64,000 bases of DNA from IMG/VR virus record IMGVR_UViG_3300025644_000002. One strand, given 5' to 3'. Below are positions 19,767 to 29,413 of the stretch, in pieces. How positions within the stretch are numbered: position 1 is the stretch's first letter; each line of letters begins with the position of its first letter. This DNA is from a virus. Lineage: Duplodnaviria; Heunggongvirae; Uroviricota; Caudoviricetes. Made by a program: the position numbers and the translations under genes. The notes under the pieces were generated by a model. The model worked only from the letters and a program-made list of their open reading frames with translations. It had not been told where the DNA came from and ran no database searches.

Positions 19767-19778
19767 GGTATAAGAATA
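19767..19778 (+). promoter_or_regulatory. CGGTATAAGAAT promoter-like box upstream of the 19803 gene
   Basis: Copy of the motif. Confidence 0.4.
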
Positions 19779-19802
19779 CTGGAATACACAGGAGACCCAT
19801 CA

Positions 19803-19988
19803 TTGACTAAATTCGATTTAAACAATCTCTTCGATAAAGAGGTTGTGTTCAAAATTAATAAAGCCTTACGTTCTACAAAATCAAACAAAGAACTAGAACT
19901 AAAAGTTATTATCTCTAAATACATGAAACAATTACCTAAAGACGTAAGCTTATCTGATTTTGCTAAATATCTTATCGAAACTAATTAA
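19803..19988 (+). CDS. hypothetical small protein (61 aa)
   Basis: ORF track. Confidence 0.4.
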   Translation: MTKFDLNNLFDKEVVFKINKALRSTKSNKELELKVIISKYMKQLPKDVSLSDFAKYLIETN

Positions 19989-20007
19989 CAAATAAAAAGG
20001 AGCAGTA

Positions 20008-20694
20008 ATGCTTAAAACTATTACAGACAAATTAACATATGAACTTGCTAAAGAATATATGTCCCTGCAACATAGAATGGGGGACATACATACTCCAGTT
20101 ATTATACAGAGAACTATATTCGGCGATGTTTCGATAGGGTATGTGTTGTCTACAGGAAAATACACAGCTTATTCTCGTAGCTATACAGGCTTACCTCCTA
20201 CCAAAACGATTCACCATTATGAGTTTCCAGAAGAATTAAAGCCTACAGTGTTAAGTAAAAGTGGTACAGCAATTTACGCAGCTTTTAGAAATCATTTTTT
20301 AGTGTATCATCATGAACTTTCCGATTATATATATATTTCCAAAAACTTGATACGTAAGATAGGCCTTCCTACTAAAGTACTGGTACCCTGCGAAGGTGAT
20401 GTTATATTATTTGAAGATACCCCACATACTATAAATTATGTAACTCTTCAAGAAAATAATAATCTTTTCAATTATTCTATAGCCACCACTCGGGGCTACG
20501 ATCGTGAGGTATCTATGAGCTTTGTAAATTCTTGTGAATTTTTACAAACCAAAAGACCACCTCGATTGTTCGGGTATCACGCCAGATTTACTAATGAGGG
20601 TTCTCAGTCCCGGATTGTTCAAATTGGATGTCATAGGATCACTAAATCCTTGTGGGACGTGTTACTTGAATCCGCCAACAACGATTATTTTTAA
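20008..20694 (+). CDS. paralog family B member 1
   Basis: Shared motifs: YxFPEEL.P.VL…NLIRKIGLP.KV..PCEGD…CEFLQ…P.RLFGY…GC……LW..LL. Confidence 0.5.
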   Translation: MLKTITDKLTYELAKEYMSLQHRMGDIHTPVIIQRTIFGDVSIGYVLSTGKYTAYSRSYTGLPPTKTIHHYEFPEELKPTVLSKSGTAIYAAFRNHFLVYHHELSDYIYISKNLIRKIGLPTKVLVPCEGDVILFEDTPHTINYVTLQENNNLFNYSIATTRGYDREVSMSFVNSCEFLQTKRPPRLFGYHARFTNEGSQSRIVQIGCHRITKSLWDVLLESANNDYF

Positions 20695-20715
20695 ACTATT
20701 AAAAAAGGAATAAAT

Positions 20716-21432
20716 ATGCTACAACATATTATTAACAAATATCATCTATCCTTAGTACAAGCTTATCTGCATTTATATGACGAAGTTCTGAGCGGATACA
20801 ACACTTTTAAACTTAAAGACATCTCAATACAGCGAACTCAGGAGGGTGCTGTGTTTATGTGGTTCTCTAAACCCGGCTTCCCTATGAATCAACAACTGCC
20901 TTATAGAACCTGGCACTCAACTCATATAGGGGACCTCGCGCCCATCAAAAAGCTAAAAACTTACACATACCCTGAACACCTCATACCTAACATTATTTAT
21001 GATAAGGATGGAACAAACGATTATATTGTTGCCGACATAGGAGAAGCCTACTTATTACTACACGGAGATGAAATCTGGGTATTTACAAAAAACCTCATTA
21101 GAAAAATACGACGAAGCGACCACACCAACCAACCCTGTGAAGGTGACGTAGTAAGAACTAAAACTGGTGAGATGGTTATGATCTTGGACGCCTGCATAGC
21201 GGGTAATAAACTAATGATGAGATGTACTAGAATAGTAGATGATTATGAAATAGGCATAGAGTACACAGACCTATTAGATTGTGAGTTTTTACAAGACCCT
21301 ACTCCCAAATTTCTATTTGGTAGTAATTGTACAACTTACAATAAAGAAAGAAATGCTATATCAAATGTAGGTTGCCAAGATATTGACCCCAAATTATGGG
21401 ACTTACTTCTAAAAAACGCAATGAAAGGATAA
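20716..21432 (+). CDS. paralog family B member 2
   Basis: Same motifs. Confidence 0.5.
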   Translation: MLQHIINKYHLSLVQAYLHLYDEVLSGYNTFKLKDISIQRTQEGAVFMWFSKPGFPMNQQLPYRTWHSTHIGDLAPIKKLKTYTYPEHLIPNIIYDKDGTNDYIVADIGEAYLLLHGDEIWVFTKNLIRKIRRSDHTNQPCEGDVVRTKTGEMVMILDACIAGNKLMMRCTRIVDDYEIGIEYTDLLDCEFLQDPTPKFLFGSNCTTYNKERNAISNVGCQDIDPKLWDLLLKNAMKG

Positions 21433-21433
21433 C

Positions 21434-22255
21434 ATGAATCTCAAAGACCATCCCCAAATAGCTAATCTAGCAGTAGAAGACTATATGTCAAGGCTCTATT
21501 ATCTTATGTCTAGTCAGCAAAGCATTGACGAGTTAATAGGTCATCTACGAATATGTACTGATATCAATAATAATGTTGTAACAGTAATGCAACAAGACAG
21601 CGTATCTGTAGACACTCCTCATCTATTACTATATAGCTCAGGAGCTAAATTATCTCACTCAGCCTTTAATATATACTACCCCAGAGAGTTAGTACCTAAA
21701 GTGTTGTTCAGCTCTAAAGACTTTGTGTTTGCAATGTTGAAAGGTGCATTTATAGTATATTCTGCTACAGATGCTCGATCAATTATGTTTTCTAAAGATC
21801 TTATAAGAAAGCTATACAACCCCTCAAAAGTTACAACTCCTTGTGAAGGTGATATTGTTCAAATACCTGGAAATGTTGGAAATGACGAGCTATGTGTAAT
21901 AATCGATAGCGCTCTGGACTCTTATTTAGAGCCAATATTTCGAATACACTCCTTAAAAAACTACAGCGATGAGTATGAGAACGAGACTCACCTAATTCCG
22001 GGTAAGAGCACATTCTTCTATCCAGGGTTCAACTACAAACACCTACAAGACCCAAAACCTCAAAGGCTTTTCGGATACAACATAAGATACAGAGAAAACG
22101 GTACCATCAGAAAACTAGGATGTATGAACTTACCTGAAGCAGCCTGGCGTGGGTTAGCTCACATAGCTAACAAACAAGATTCAGTAACTTATGAGTCAGT
22201 CTATGTACCTTGTGCTGAAGATTTAGTATCAAAAGCAGACACCACAACCAAATAA
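21434..22255 (+). CDS. paralog family B member 3
   Basis: Same motifs. Confidence 0.5.
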   Translation: MNLKDHPQIANLAVEDYMSRLYYLMSSQQSIDELIGHLRICTDINNNVVTVMQQDSVSVDTPHLLLYSSGAKLSHSAFNIYYPRELVPKVLFSSKDFVFAMLKGAFIVYSATDARSIMFSKDLIRKLYNPSKVTTPCEGDIVQIPGNVGNDELCVIIDSALDSYLEPIFRIHSLKNYSDEYENETHLIPGKSTFFYPGFNYKHLQDPKPQRLFGYNIRYRENGTIRKLGCMNLPEAAWRGLAHIANKQDSVTYESVYVPCAEDLVSKADTTTK

Positions 22256-22259
22256 TACT

Positions 22260-23360
22260 ACTACATCCTGAAGAAGAATAATTGGCCGTAATTGGCCGTG
22301 CTATCTTTTTCTTCTCGAAAGGCCATTAAACTTCCTGAATGTTCCGTTAGCATATATATCAATAATGCGTACTAAGGAGAACACAAGTTGGTTGCTAGCA
22401 AACCGCTTGTAATTAACTTTAGGAAAAAGTAGGCTTGTAGCCTGCACGGAACACCATTTACACCATCACTTACACCATCATTTATATACTAAAAAGACAA
22501 GCGTATCCTAATTAAGGAAATATTTCCAAATTCTAAACTACACTTTTTTTTATCTATAACATCAGTATTTTTAAGCATTTATAGCAATTACCAATTTCAT
22601 TACTACACGTTACTACACCTATTTTCAAAAGTGTAGTTTGGATATATTCTTTATTTACATACACTTATCAATACTAAACTACATTACTACACTTTTAGGC
22701 CAAAACTAGAGGGTCCTTAATCAGAAAAAAAAGAGATCGACAATTTATAAATATTTGCTGACGTGTCTCTCCTTCCAGAAAGCGTAGTAATCGTAGTAAT
22801 CGTAGTTTAGACCAAATAAGTTATTGTTATTATATATACATATATTTTTTTACTATGTGTAGTAATGGTGTAGTAATGGATTCAAAAGTGTAGTTTGGAT
22901 TTTTTATACTTTTCTCTTATCTTTATTATTTACCTATACTTACACCCAATTTCGACCAAAATGGCACTGGTAAGCAAAACCCCCAAACTGGTAAGCCAAC
23001 CCCCCTAAAGTGGTAAGCGAACGCCCCAAACTGGTAAGCAAAACATCAAAAGTGGTAAAAAAACCATCAAAAAAAGCCAGTGTATTTCTATTTTAGATAG
23101 AGCAAGCAGCTATATAGGTTACCCATATGTTGTGCAGAACTATATCGTACACAAGCTATATACCCATTACACAACATATAGGTCTTACCAAAACTACACT
23201 TTTCTTTACCACTTTGAGCACTTTCGTTACCACTTTCGACCAATTGCTTACCACTTTCAACCACCTTTTGACCACTTTTGCGCTCTTTTTACCAATAAAT
23301 TGTCCCAAAACACACAAATTATTACAAAAATTACAATCAAAATTAACCAGGAACTCACTA
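22260..23360. repeat. Iteron-rich non-coding region (candidate replication origin / regulatory hub)
   Basis: TAATTGGCCG x2 at 22281-22301; AAAGTGTAGTTTGGAT x2 plus inverted AAACTACAC copies; GTAGTAAT(C/G)G repeats; 5 copies of (C/G)TGGTAAGC at 21-22 bp period (22960-23075); inverted ACCACTTTC repeats at 23205-23290; TATAAATA at 22753. Confidence 0.5.
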
Positions 23361-23362
23361 AA

Positions 23363-23959
23363 ATGACACACACGTCCGAATATACTTCATTATATAACTC
23401 CTATTTAAAAACCGGTGATGTAGTACTAGTTACTCACCGAACATCACGCCACTTTGCAGGGAACCCATATTCCTGGGAATACTATATGCACCCAGCAATA
23501 GGTCATGTATTTATCGTAAACAAATTAGAATATAGCGGTATATCTCTTAAGATGCATCCAAAATATAGTATTATATTAAAAGATACCGTAGATACTGAGG
23601 AGTACGAAGCAATTGACTACGCTAGTAACTATCTATACCCGCTATGGAGTCTACAAAAGATAGTACCTCCACATCCAATGTATCCAAAAAACCCAGATGT
23701 ACTCAAAGCTGTAAGTAATGAAATTCGTAGAAATCTAAGTACAACATTAGATAAAAATATGATAGAACAAATAGATTCTATAAATGTAAGCATACAAATG
23801 AGACAATCAATTGAATATATAGACTTAAATTTTGTTGTTGACAAAGATGGCACCTTGGCTCCTCCAAAGCCAGCTGATGTATCTTGCACTTATCCAGAAG
23901 ATGGACCATTAAACAAGCCATCACAAGGATATGAGGTAACCCCTTCTCTCTTTACTTAA
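23363..23959 (+). CDS. paralog family C member (SH3-like GD.V.V…W…MD..IG module)
   Basis: ORF track 23132..23959, but the first ~77 aa are a low-complexity translation of the repeat DNA; likely start is ATG 23363 (MTHTSEYTSLYNSYLKTGDVVLV). Confidence 0.45.
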   Translation: MTHTSEYTSLYNSYLKTGDVVLVTHRTSRHFAGNPYSWEYYMHPAIGHVFIVNKLEYSGISLKMHPKYSIILKDTVDTEEYEAIDYASNYLYPLWSLQKIVPPHPMYPKNPDVLKAVSNEIRRNLSTTLDKNMIEQIDSINVSIQMRQSIEYIDLNFVVDKDGTLAPPKPADVSCTYPEDGPLNKPSQGYEVTPSLFT

Positions 23960-24040
23960 ACATATAGTAAATTATACTTTCAGAATAATAAACAATATTA
24001 ATTCAACACACTAACTTAACATATTAAAGGAAACACAAAT

Positions 24041-25003
24041 ATGAATAACACCCCCAAAAATATCATATTAAGAAAGGCTTATGAAACTTTACAAAGTTCG
24101 TATCTAAAGCCAGGAGATATAGTAGAAGTCCTAAATCCATACACAATCAACAGCCCCTCAGACACTAGCGACATTAGTAAAAAGCTAGGCTGGTCAACGG
24201 ACTGGATACCAGAAATGGATGTAACAATAGGGCATAGATTTATAGTTGAAGGTATACATATAATAGACTCGCCTGAAACACTATCAAACGCTCCTTTCGG
24301 GCACAGACGTTCCTACGTGAATGGCGTAACTTTATGCGAAGATCCAATTTGGTATTCCGAAAGAGGCATATTTACACATACAACTGAAACAATATTAGCA
24401 GCAGTTAAATGCTATTTCCCTATATGGTGCTTAAAGAAGATAGAATTAGAAGAAACTACCAGCGTCTGCAGTAGTAATAATTATACTTCTTTATTAGTTC
24501 CTAAGTTAATTTCTGAAGTAATTGCAGAAGACGTACGTAAAGAGGAAGATAGCGTATTTGGCGCCGTACTTCAAGACCTTTCTATAAAAGAAGCTTACTC
24601 AATATTATTAGAGTCTTATATACACGCTGGTGACTCAGTAAAGATAGTTACTAAAGTGCCAGATGAATATTTGGGAGCTAAAGCTTGTTGGATTCCTAAT
24701 ATGGATGAAGCAATTGGTAGATTTGCTATTGTAGATCGCGTAGATATACATAATGCTCGTGTATGGTTAAAACCTAATCTCGACATTACCGACAAACGTA
24801 GTATATTTGCAGATGAAAGTTTAGTAAAGTGGTCATATCCCTTATGGTCATTAGAAGTAAACCCTAAAATACCTACACATGCTGAGCTATCTGAAGCTTT
24901 TATTAAAACAGTTGGAATGCCAGCTGATGACTACTATGACCATAATGACAGTATAGATAATACGTATAACAACTATGGCGAATCTAAACTATTTTCTGAC
25001 TAA
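24041..25003 (+). CDS. paralog family C member (two copies of the module)
   Basis: SYLKPGDIVEVLN…W.PEMD..IGHRFIV and SYIHAGDSVKIV…CWIPNMDEAIGRFAIV. Confidence 0.5.
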   Translation: MNNTPKNIILRKAYETLQSSYLKPGDIVEVLNPYTINSPSDTSDISKKLGWSTDWIPEMDVTIGHRFIVEGIHIIDSPETLSNAPFGHRRSYVNGVTLCEDPIWYSERGIFTHTTETILAAVKCYFPIWCLKKIELEETTSVCSSNNYTSLLVPKLISEVIAEDVRKEEDSVFGAVLQDLSIKEAYSILLESYIHAGDSVKIVTKVPDEYLGAKACWIPNMDEAIGRFAIVDRVDIHNARVWLKPNLDITDKRSIFADESLVKWSYPLWSLEVNPKIPTHAELSEAFIKTVGMPADDYYDHNDSIDNTYNNYGESKLFSD

Positions 25004-25007
25004 GCTA

Positions 25008-25047
25008 TCAAGCTATCAAGCTATCAAGCTATCAAGCTATCAACCTG
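25008..25047. repeat. Tandem repeat (GCTATCAA) x5
   Basis: gctatcaagctatcaagctatcaagctatcaagctatcaa. Confidence 0.7.
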
Positions 25048-25205
25048 ACGGAGTCTGGGTCTAGGAACCGAGGAACCGTCTCTAACCAAAAATGTGTATT
25101 ACCTATGGATCTTCCACCGCCGAAGCGCGAAACACAGCCATAAGTATATATGACATCAAACATAAACAACATTTATTATAAACAATAAAAATAAGGAAAA
25201 GTCAA

Positions 25206-25844
25206 ATGACTAACGAACGAGAATTATATAGACGATTTACTGAAAACTGCAATATTAGAGTCAGGGATAAAGTAAGAGTCATTAGAACGGCTAAAACTGG
25301 CGAAATGGGGTACGGCTGTGTTTGGACAACGGACATGAACAGTACAGTGGACCATATTTATACAGTAACAGCTGTAGACCCTAGACAGGGAATTATGTTA
25401 GATACACCAGCCGGAACTAGATGGTATCCATGGTTTGTACTAGAACCAGATACAAACACTAACTCATTATATGGAATTTTTGAGGAATACCACGCAAAGT
25501 GTGAGCTGAAAACAGGCAATTTAGTAAAATTAGTCAGAACTGCAGAAGAAGATGAATATGGATGGGCAGAGGAGTGGCCTGAAGAATTAGACGATTGTGA
25601 TGTTGGCGATTTATATAGAATTACTAATAAAGATCACAATAGTTATGAAATTGAAGACCTAGAGGGAGATAACCCGTACTGGGTACCTTGGTTTGTTTTA
25701 GAGTTTGTGGAAGACGTAGCCCTAGTCTTTGATGGATCTATTATGCACTTCCACAAAGAGTATGTAAGGGTTGGAAACCTAACTATATCCAACGATCAAT
25801 TATTAACTGTTGCCAAAAAACAAGGCATCATTGCCAGAAACTAA
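25206..25844 (+). CDS. paralog family C member (two modules)
   Basis: Module repeats plus C-terminal VGN.TISNDQLLTVAKKQGII. Confidence 0.5.
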   Translation: MTNERELYRRFTENCNIRVRDKVRVIRTAKTGEMGYGCVWTTDMNSTVDHIYTVTAVDPRQGIMLDTPAGTRWYPWFVLEPDTNTNSLYGIFEEYHAKCELKTGNLVKLVRTAEEDEYGWAEEWPEELDDCDVGDLYRITNKDHNSYEIEDLEGDNPYWVPWFVLEFVEDVALVFDGSIMHFHKEYVRVGNLTISNDQLLTVAKKQGIIARN

Positions 25845-25873
25845 TAAATCTTTTAAAATAAAGGAAACAAACA

Positions 25874-26281
25874 ATGAACAATAGCGAAACAAGCGCAAAA
25901 CTAAGTATGGCCTACATGACTTTAAGCGAGGCCACTGACTTCGAAGTAGGAGAATCTATTAAAGTTGTTAGAACAGCTGAAGATGGTGAAATGGGTTGGG
26001 GAGACAGCTGGATCCATGAGATGACCGAGGCTGTTGAAGAGGAGCATATCCTTAAAATAACAAATCTAGGCAAAAACTCTAACACAGGAATAGAGTTATC
26101 AGACGGTAATTCATATCCTTTCTTCGTTCTTATGAGAGTGGAGCCAGAAGAAATAGAAGAGGAAACCTTGTATATAGGTGAACATGAAGTAGTCTTTAGT
26201 GAGGATGATATCCAGGTAGGATGCCAATGTATCGATAATGATACTATTAAAATTGTACTAGAACGACAAGGCTTACTGTAA
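25874..26281 (+). CDS. paralog family C member
   Basis: C-terminal VGCQCIDNDTIKIVLERQGLL. Confidence 0.5.
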   Translation: MNNSETSAKLSMAYMTLSEATDFEVGESIKVVRTAEDGEMGWGDSWIHEMTEAVEEEHILKITNLGKNSNTGIELSDGNSYPFFVLMRVEPEEIEEETLYIGEHEVVFSEDDIQVGCQCIDNDTIKIVLERQGLL

Positions 26282-26905
26282 ATGATTGACTATAATATAA
26301 TCCCTAAAAATACTTTAGTGTCTATAACCCACGTTGGGCAACAATATAGTGGCTATGAAGAAATGGCGAGAAAACTTGGTCTCGATAAATACCAGGAATA
26401 CCACTCAGTAGGAGCTAATGGTGACTTGGGAATAATTATGGATTCAGCAATTAATCCCCAGGACCAAAATATTACTATATATGGAGTACAACTTGATTCA
26501 GGACTACAGGGATTATTTAATCAAAATGGAATAAAAGCAGAAGCTCCTCATGGAGTAGCTTTCAGAGAAGGCGATTTCGCACGTATTCATGCGGATAAAG
26601 AATGGCGTAGTTGGCATGGATACATGGACGAATATATAGAAACTGTTACAACGGTATGTGAGGTGTCGGGTCCACGTTATTACCGCGGTATAAACGCCAT
26701 GGATGTGTTATTACAATCGGGATTAGAGGGAGGTCATTTGTTTAGAGCTGGCTTCTGTTCCAGAGTGTTAGATGTTAAAACAACTCCATTAATATTCCTT
26801 GACGGCGACGTAATAGTCTTTGAAGACACAGGATTGAGTATAGGAAATCGTAAAGTACCAAATGAAACACTTATAGCAATCGCAGAAAGACAAGGATTAC
26901 TATAG
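26282..26905 (+). CDS. paralog family C member
   Basis: C-terminal IGNRKVPNETLIAIAERQGLL. Confidence 0.5.
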   Translation: MIDYNIIPKNTLVSITHVGQQYSGYEEMARKLGLDKYQEYHSVGANGDLGIIMDSAINPQDQNITIYGVQLDSGLQGLFNQNGIKAEAPHGVAFREGDFARIHADKEWRSWHGYMDEYIETVTTVCEVSGPRYYRGINAMDVLLQSGLEGGHLFRAGFCSRVLDVKTTPLIFLDGDVIVFEDTGLSIGNRKVPNETLIAIAERQGLL

Positions 26906-26914
26906 AATAATTAG

Positions 26915-26955
26915 GGGCGCCAGATAATTCTGTGCGCCTCTTTCTATTTTTAACT
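26915..26955 (+). terminator. Rho-independent terminator (GGCGC…GCGCC + T-run)
   Basis: aggggcgccagataattctgtgcgcctctttctattttt. Confidence 0.45.
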
Positions 26956-26981
26956 AAAAAGGAAAACAACAATGAAAAACA

Positions 26982-27191
26982 ATGAGTAAAGTAGGAAACA
27001 ACAGCGGAAAAGATTATATTCTATGTTGTTGTATATGCTCTTCAACTAGAAAGGACATCCACATGGTGGGGCATCGTAATAAAGATAACCACTTAATAGG
27101 CTTCCTTTATGTATGTGATGAACACACTAAACAAGTAGAAGGAAAAAACTTTCAAGTAAAGTTCGTAGATGAAAAAGAGGAGACTAAATAA
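26982..27191 (+). CDS. small Cys-rich zinc-finger protein
   Basis: CCCICSS…CDEH. Confidence 0.4.
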   Translation: MSKVGNNSGKDYILCCCICSSTRKDIHMVGHRNKDNHLIGFLYVCDEHTKQVEGKNFQVKFVDEKEETK

Positions 27192-27888
27192 TATGGGAGA
27201 CGGAACCCCACTAGGTGATCGTATGAAAGATTATGAAGCTACCTATAAATACAAGCTTCACAAAAGAATGCCAGTAATAATAAGAGTAGACGGTAGAGCG
27301 TTTCACACTCTTACAAGAAAATTATATGGAAGAGGATGGTCTACCGGATTCTCTGCAAATATGATGGAAACTGCTAGGGCTTCTATGGAAGATATGCAGT
27401 CAACAAAGTTTTGCTATGGTCAATCTGATGAGATCAGTTTTTTATTAACGGATTATAAAACTCATAACACACAGTCGTGGTTCAATAATTCCATACAGAA
27501 AATAGTATCAATTACAGCAGCTATCGTAAGCACTAACTTTTATTCAATAACTGGCGAAAAAGTGCAGTTTGATGCTAGAGCTTTTAATTTGGCAAAAGAT
27601 GAAGTGACAAACTATTATATCTGGAGACAACAAGATGCTATACGCAACGCTGTCCAGATGGTAGGAAGAGAGCATTTCTCTCAGAAAGAACTTCACATGA
27701 GAAGTGTTGAGAATATAAAACATCTTCTATCCAAAAAGATAGGAATTAATTTTGATGACTTCTCTAGTTTAAGACGACAAGGGTACTGTATAGACAATAA
27801 CCACCCAGATATGAATATCCCAGTGTTTGCCTCAGCTAGGGGTAAAGATTACATTGAAAAACATGTATATTTAATAGAAAATAATTAA
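27169..27888 (+). CDS. Thg1-like protein (tRNA-His guanylyltransferase family 3'-5' nucleotide polymerase)
   Basis: VIIRVDGRAFHTL ~ Thg1 VVVRLDGRNFHRF; CYGQSDEISFLL ~ AYGQSDEYSFVF; YYIWRQQDAIRNA ~ YLSWRQADCHINN. Confidence 0.7.
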   Translation: MKKRRLNNMGDGTPLGDRMKDYEATYKYKLHKRMPVIIRVDGRAFHTLTRKLYGRGWSTGFSANMMETARASMEDMQSTKFCYGQSDEISFLLTDYKTHNTQSWFNNSIQKIVSITAAIVSTNFYSITGEKVQFDARAFNLAKDEVTNYYIWRQQDAIRNAVQMVGREHFSQKELHMRSVENIKHLLSKKIGINFDDFSSLRRQGYCIDNNHPDMNIPVFASARGKDYIEKHVYLIENN

Positions 27889-28609
27889 GGAGTGAAAAAG
27901 AAATGAAATTAGAATTAAGTGTAGGAATGGTAGTTGAAACAAAGAGTGAAGGAAACTCAATAATTATACACGACCCTACAGAAAATGGATAAACAGATGA
28001 AAAACTATTATAAAGGAGCATAGTATGGTAATTGATTTCACCCCAACAAGTTACAGACTAACTAGAGAAGAGCTCGACCTAATTTTACATACTAAGCAAC
28101 GAAAAAAGTGGTTTTGCTGGCATAGCTGGATCTATTGGACTTTTGGAATGGCTACAAAAAAGCACAGGGTATGTGAAAAATGTTTTAAGAAACAAAAAAA
28201 TCGAAGTGTTGTAAAAGAAAGCCCATATTGGCACAAAGAAACATATTTTATCAAGGGGACCTAACAACAATGGAAGACTTCATAGAATGGTTAATAGAAG
28301 AAGGGCATCTAAGTCATTATGGACCGACAACTCAGTTAGATTGTGAGTTTTCAGCAGGTGAATTAGATTGCCTATATGAACAGTATACCAGAGAAACTGG
28401 AGGAGACTAAATGAAAAATGATTTAACACAGATTGAAAAAGATTTGCTAAAAAGTATTAATTTCTTTCATGACAAAAGATACAATTATAAAAATCTTATG
28501 GAGTGGGGCAATATTGAAGAAAAGGTGAGGGCGAATTTACAAGAAGGCGAAATAATATATAAAGCCTTAGATTTGTATGTTGCTATTAAACCCTAAATAA
28601 GGAGAAATA

Positions 28610-28870
28610 ATGGAAAATAATTGGAAACTTGATAATATAAGTATCAGGTTTAAACAAGGATATGGTTGGGAAAAGAAAGAACATAAACGACATGATAGAT
28701 ATGAAGGTACAATATCCTTTGTTAACGAAGAGGACGAATCATTCTGTTTTAATATTCCTGAGAATTATACTCAACAGTATTTAGATATTATGGCTAACGA
28801 CATAGTTAGATGCGCTACAGATCTAGGCAAGAGGCTTGCTGAGTCTATTAAGCCGAAGGAGAAAGAATGA
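28610..28870 (+). CDS. hypothetical protein (86 aa)
   Basis: ORF track; one of a run of small overlapping early-type ORFs at 28.0-30.5 kb. Confidence 0.4.
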   Translation: MENNWKLDNISIRFKQGYGWEKKEHKRHDRYEGTISFVNEEDESFCFNIPENYTQQYLDIMANDIVRCATDLGKRLAESIKPKEKE

Positions 28871-29175
28871 AATTAACAAAACTAATGGAACAGTATTTGA
28901 GAGAGGAAAATGTAAGAGCTCAATATGAAGCCGGAGAATCTGGTAATTTTTATTGGGAAACTCCTTTCGTGGTATGGTTGGTGGATAAGATACCAGAACC
29001 AAAAGAAAAATGGGAAAGCTGTGAATGTGTGTGTCATACGAAATATCAAAAACATAAATATCATAGGACATGCTGCTATACCGAATCAGAAAAAGGAAAA
29101 TGTTCAGAATTAGGTGATTTTTTTTACTTGAAAGAACCATATAATAAGCAAAAGGGGAGAACTCATGAATACTGA
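28867..29175 (+). CDS. hypothetical Cys-rich protein (102 aa)
   Basis: ORF track. Confidence 0.4.
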   Translation: MKLTKLMEQYLREENVRAQYEAGESGNFYWETPFVVWLVDKIPEPKEKWESCECVCHTKYQKHKYHRTCCYTESEKGKCSELGDFFYLKEPYNKQKGRTHEY

Positions 29176-29413
29176 AATAGTTCGCACAACTAAAGGCGGG
29201 TGTGCAATAAGAAAAATAAAACATAACTTTCACGAATTAAAAGAAGCTATTGATACTATAAACTATTTCAACAAAATGGATTTTAACCAGTTTGTTGATG
29301 AAATGGAACATTATGTCTGCGATAAATACTCGAAAAAAGACAGAGATTCTTTCAAATTTACCGGGTTAAGTAATGTAGACTTTTTCAAAATGGGAGGGAT
29401 CCGTTCCGAATGA
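29165..29413 (+). CDS. hypothetical protein (82 aa)
   Basis: ORF track. Confidence 0.4.
   Translation: MNTEIVRTTKGGCAIRKIKHNFHELKEAIDTINYFNKMDFNQFVDEMEHYVCDKYSKKDRDSFKFTGLSNVDFFKMGGIRSE

Noticed and set aside
23132-23362. N-terminal 77 aa of track ORF 23132..23959
   Set aside because: Low-complexity (H/F/Y/T-rich) translation of the iteron repeats; the real gene most likely starts at ATG 23363
25008-25047. Possible CRISPR array
   Set aside because: Perfect 8-bp tandem copies with no spacers; a microsatellite, not a CRISPR
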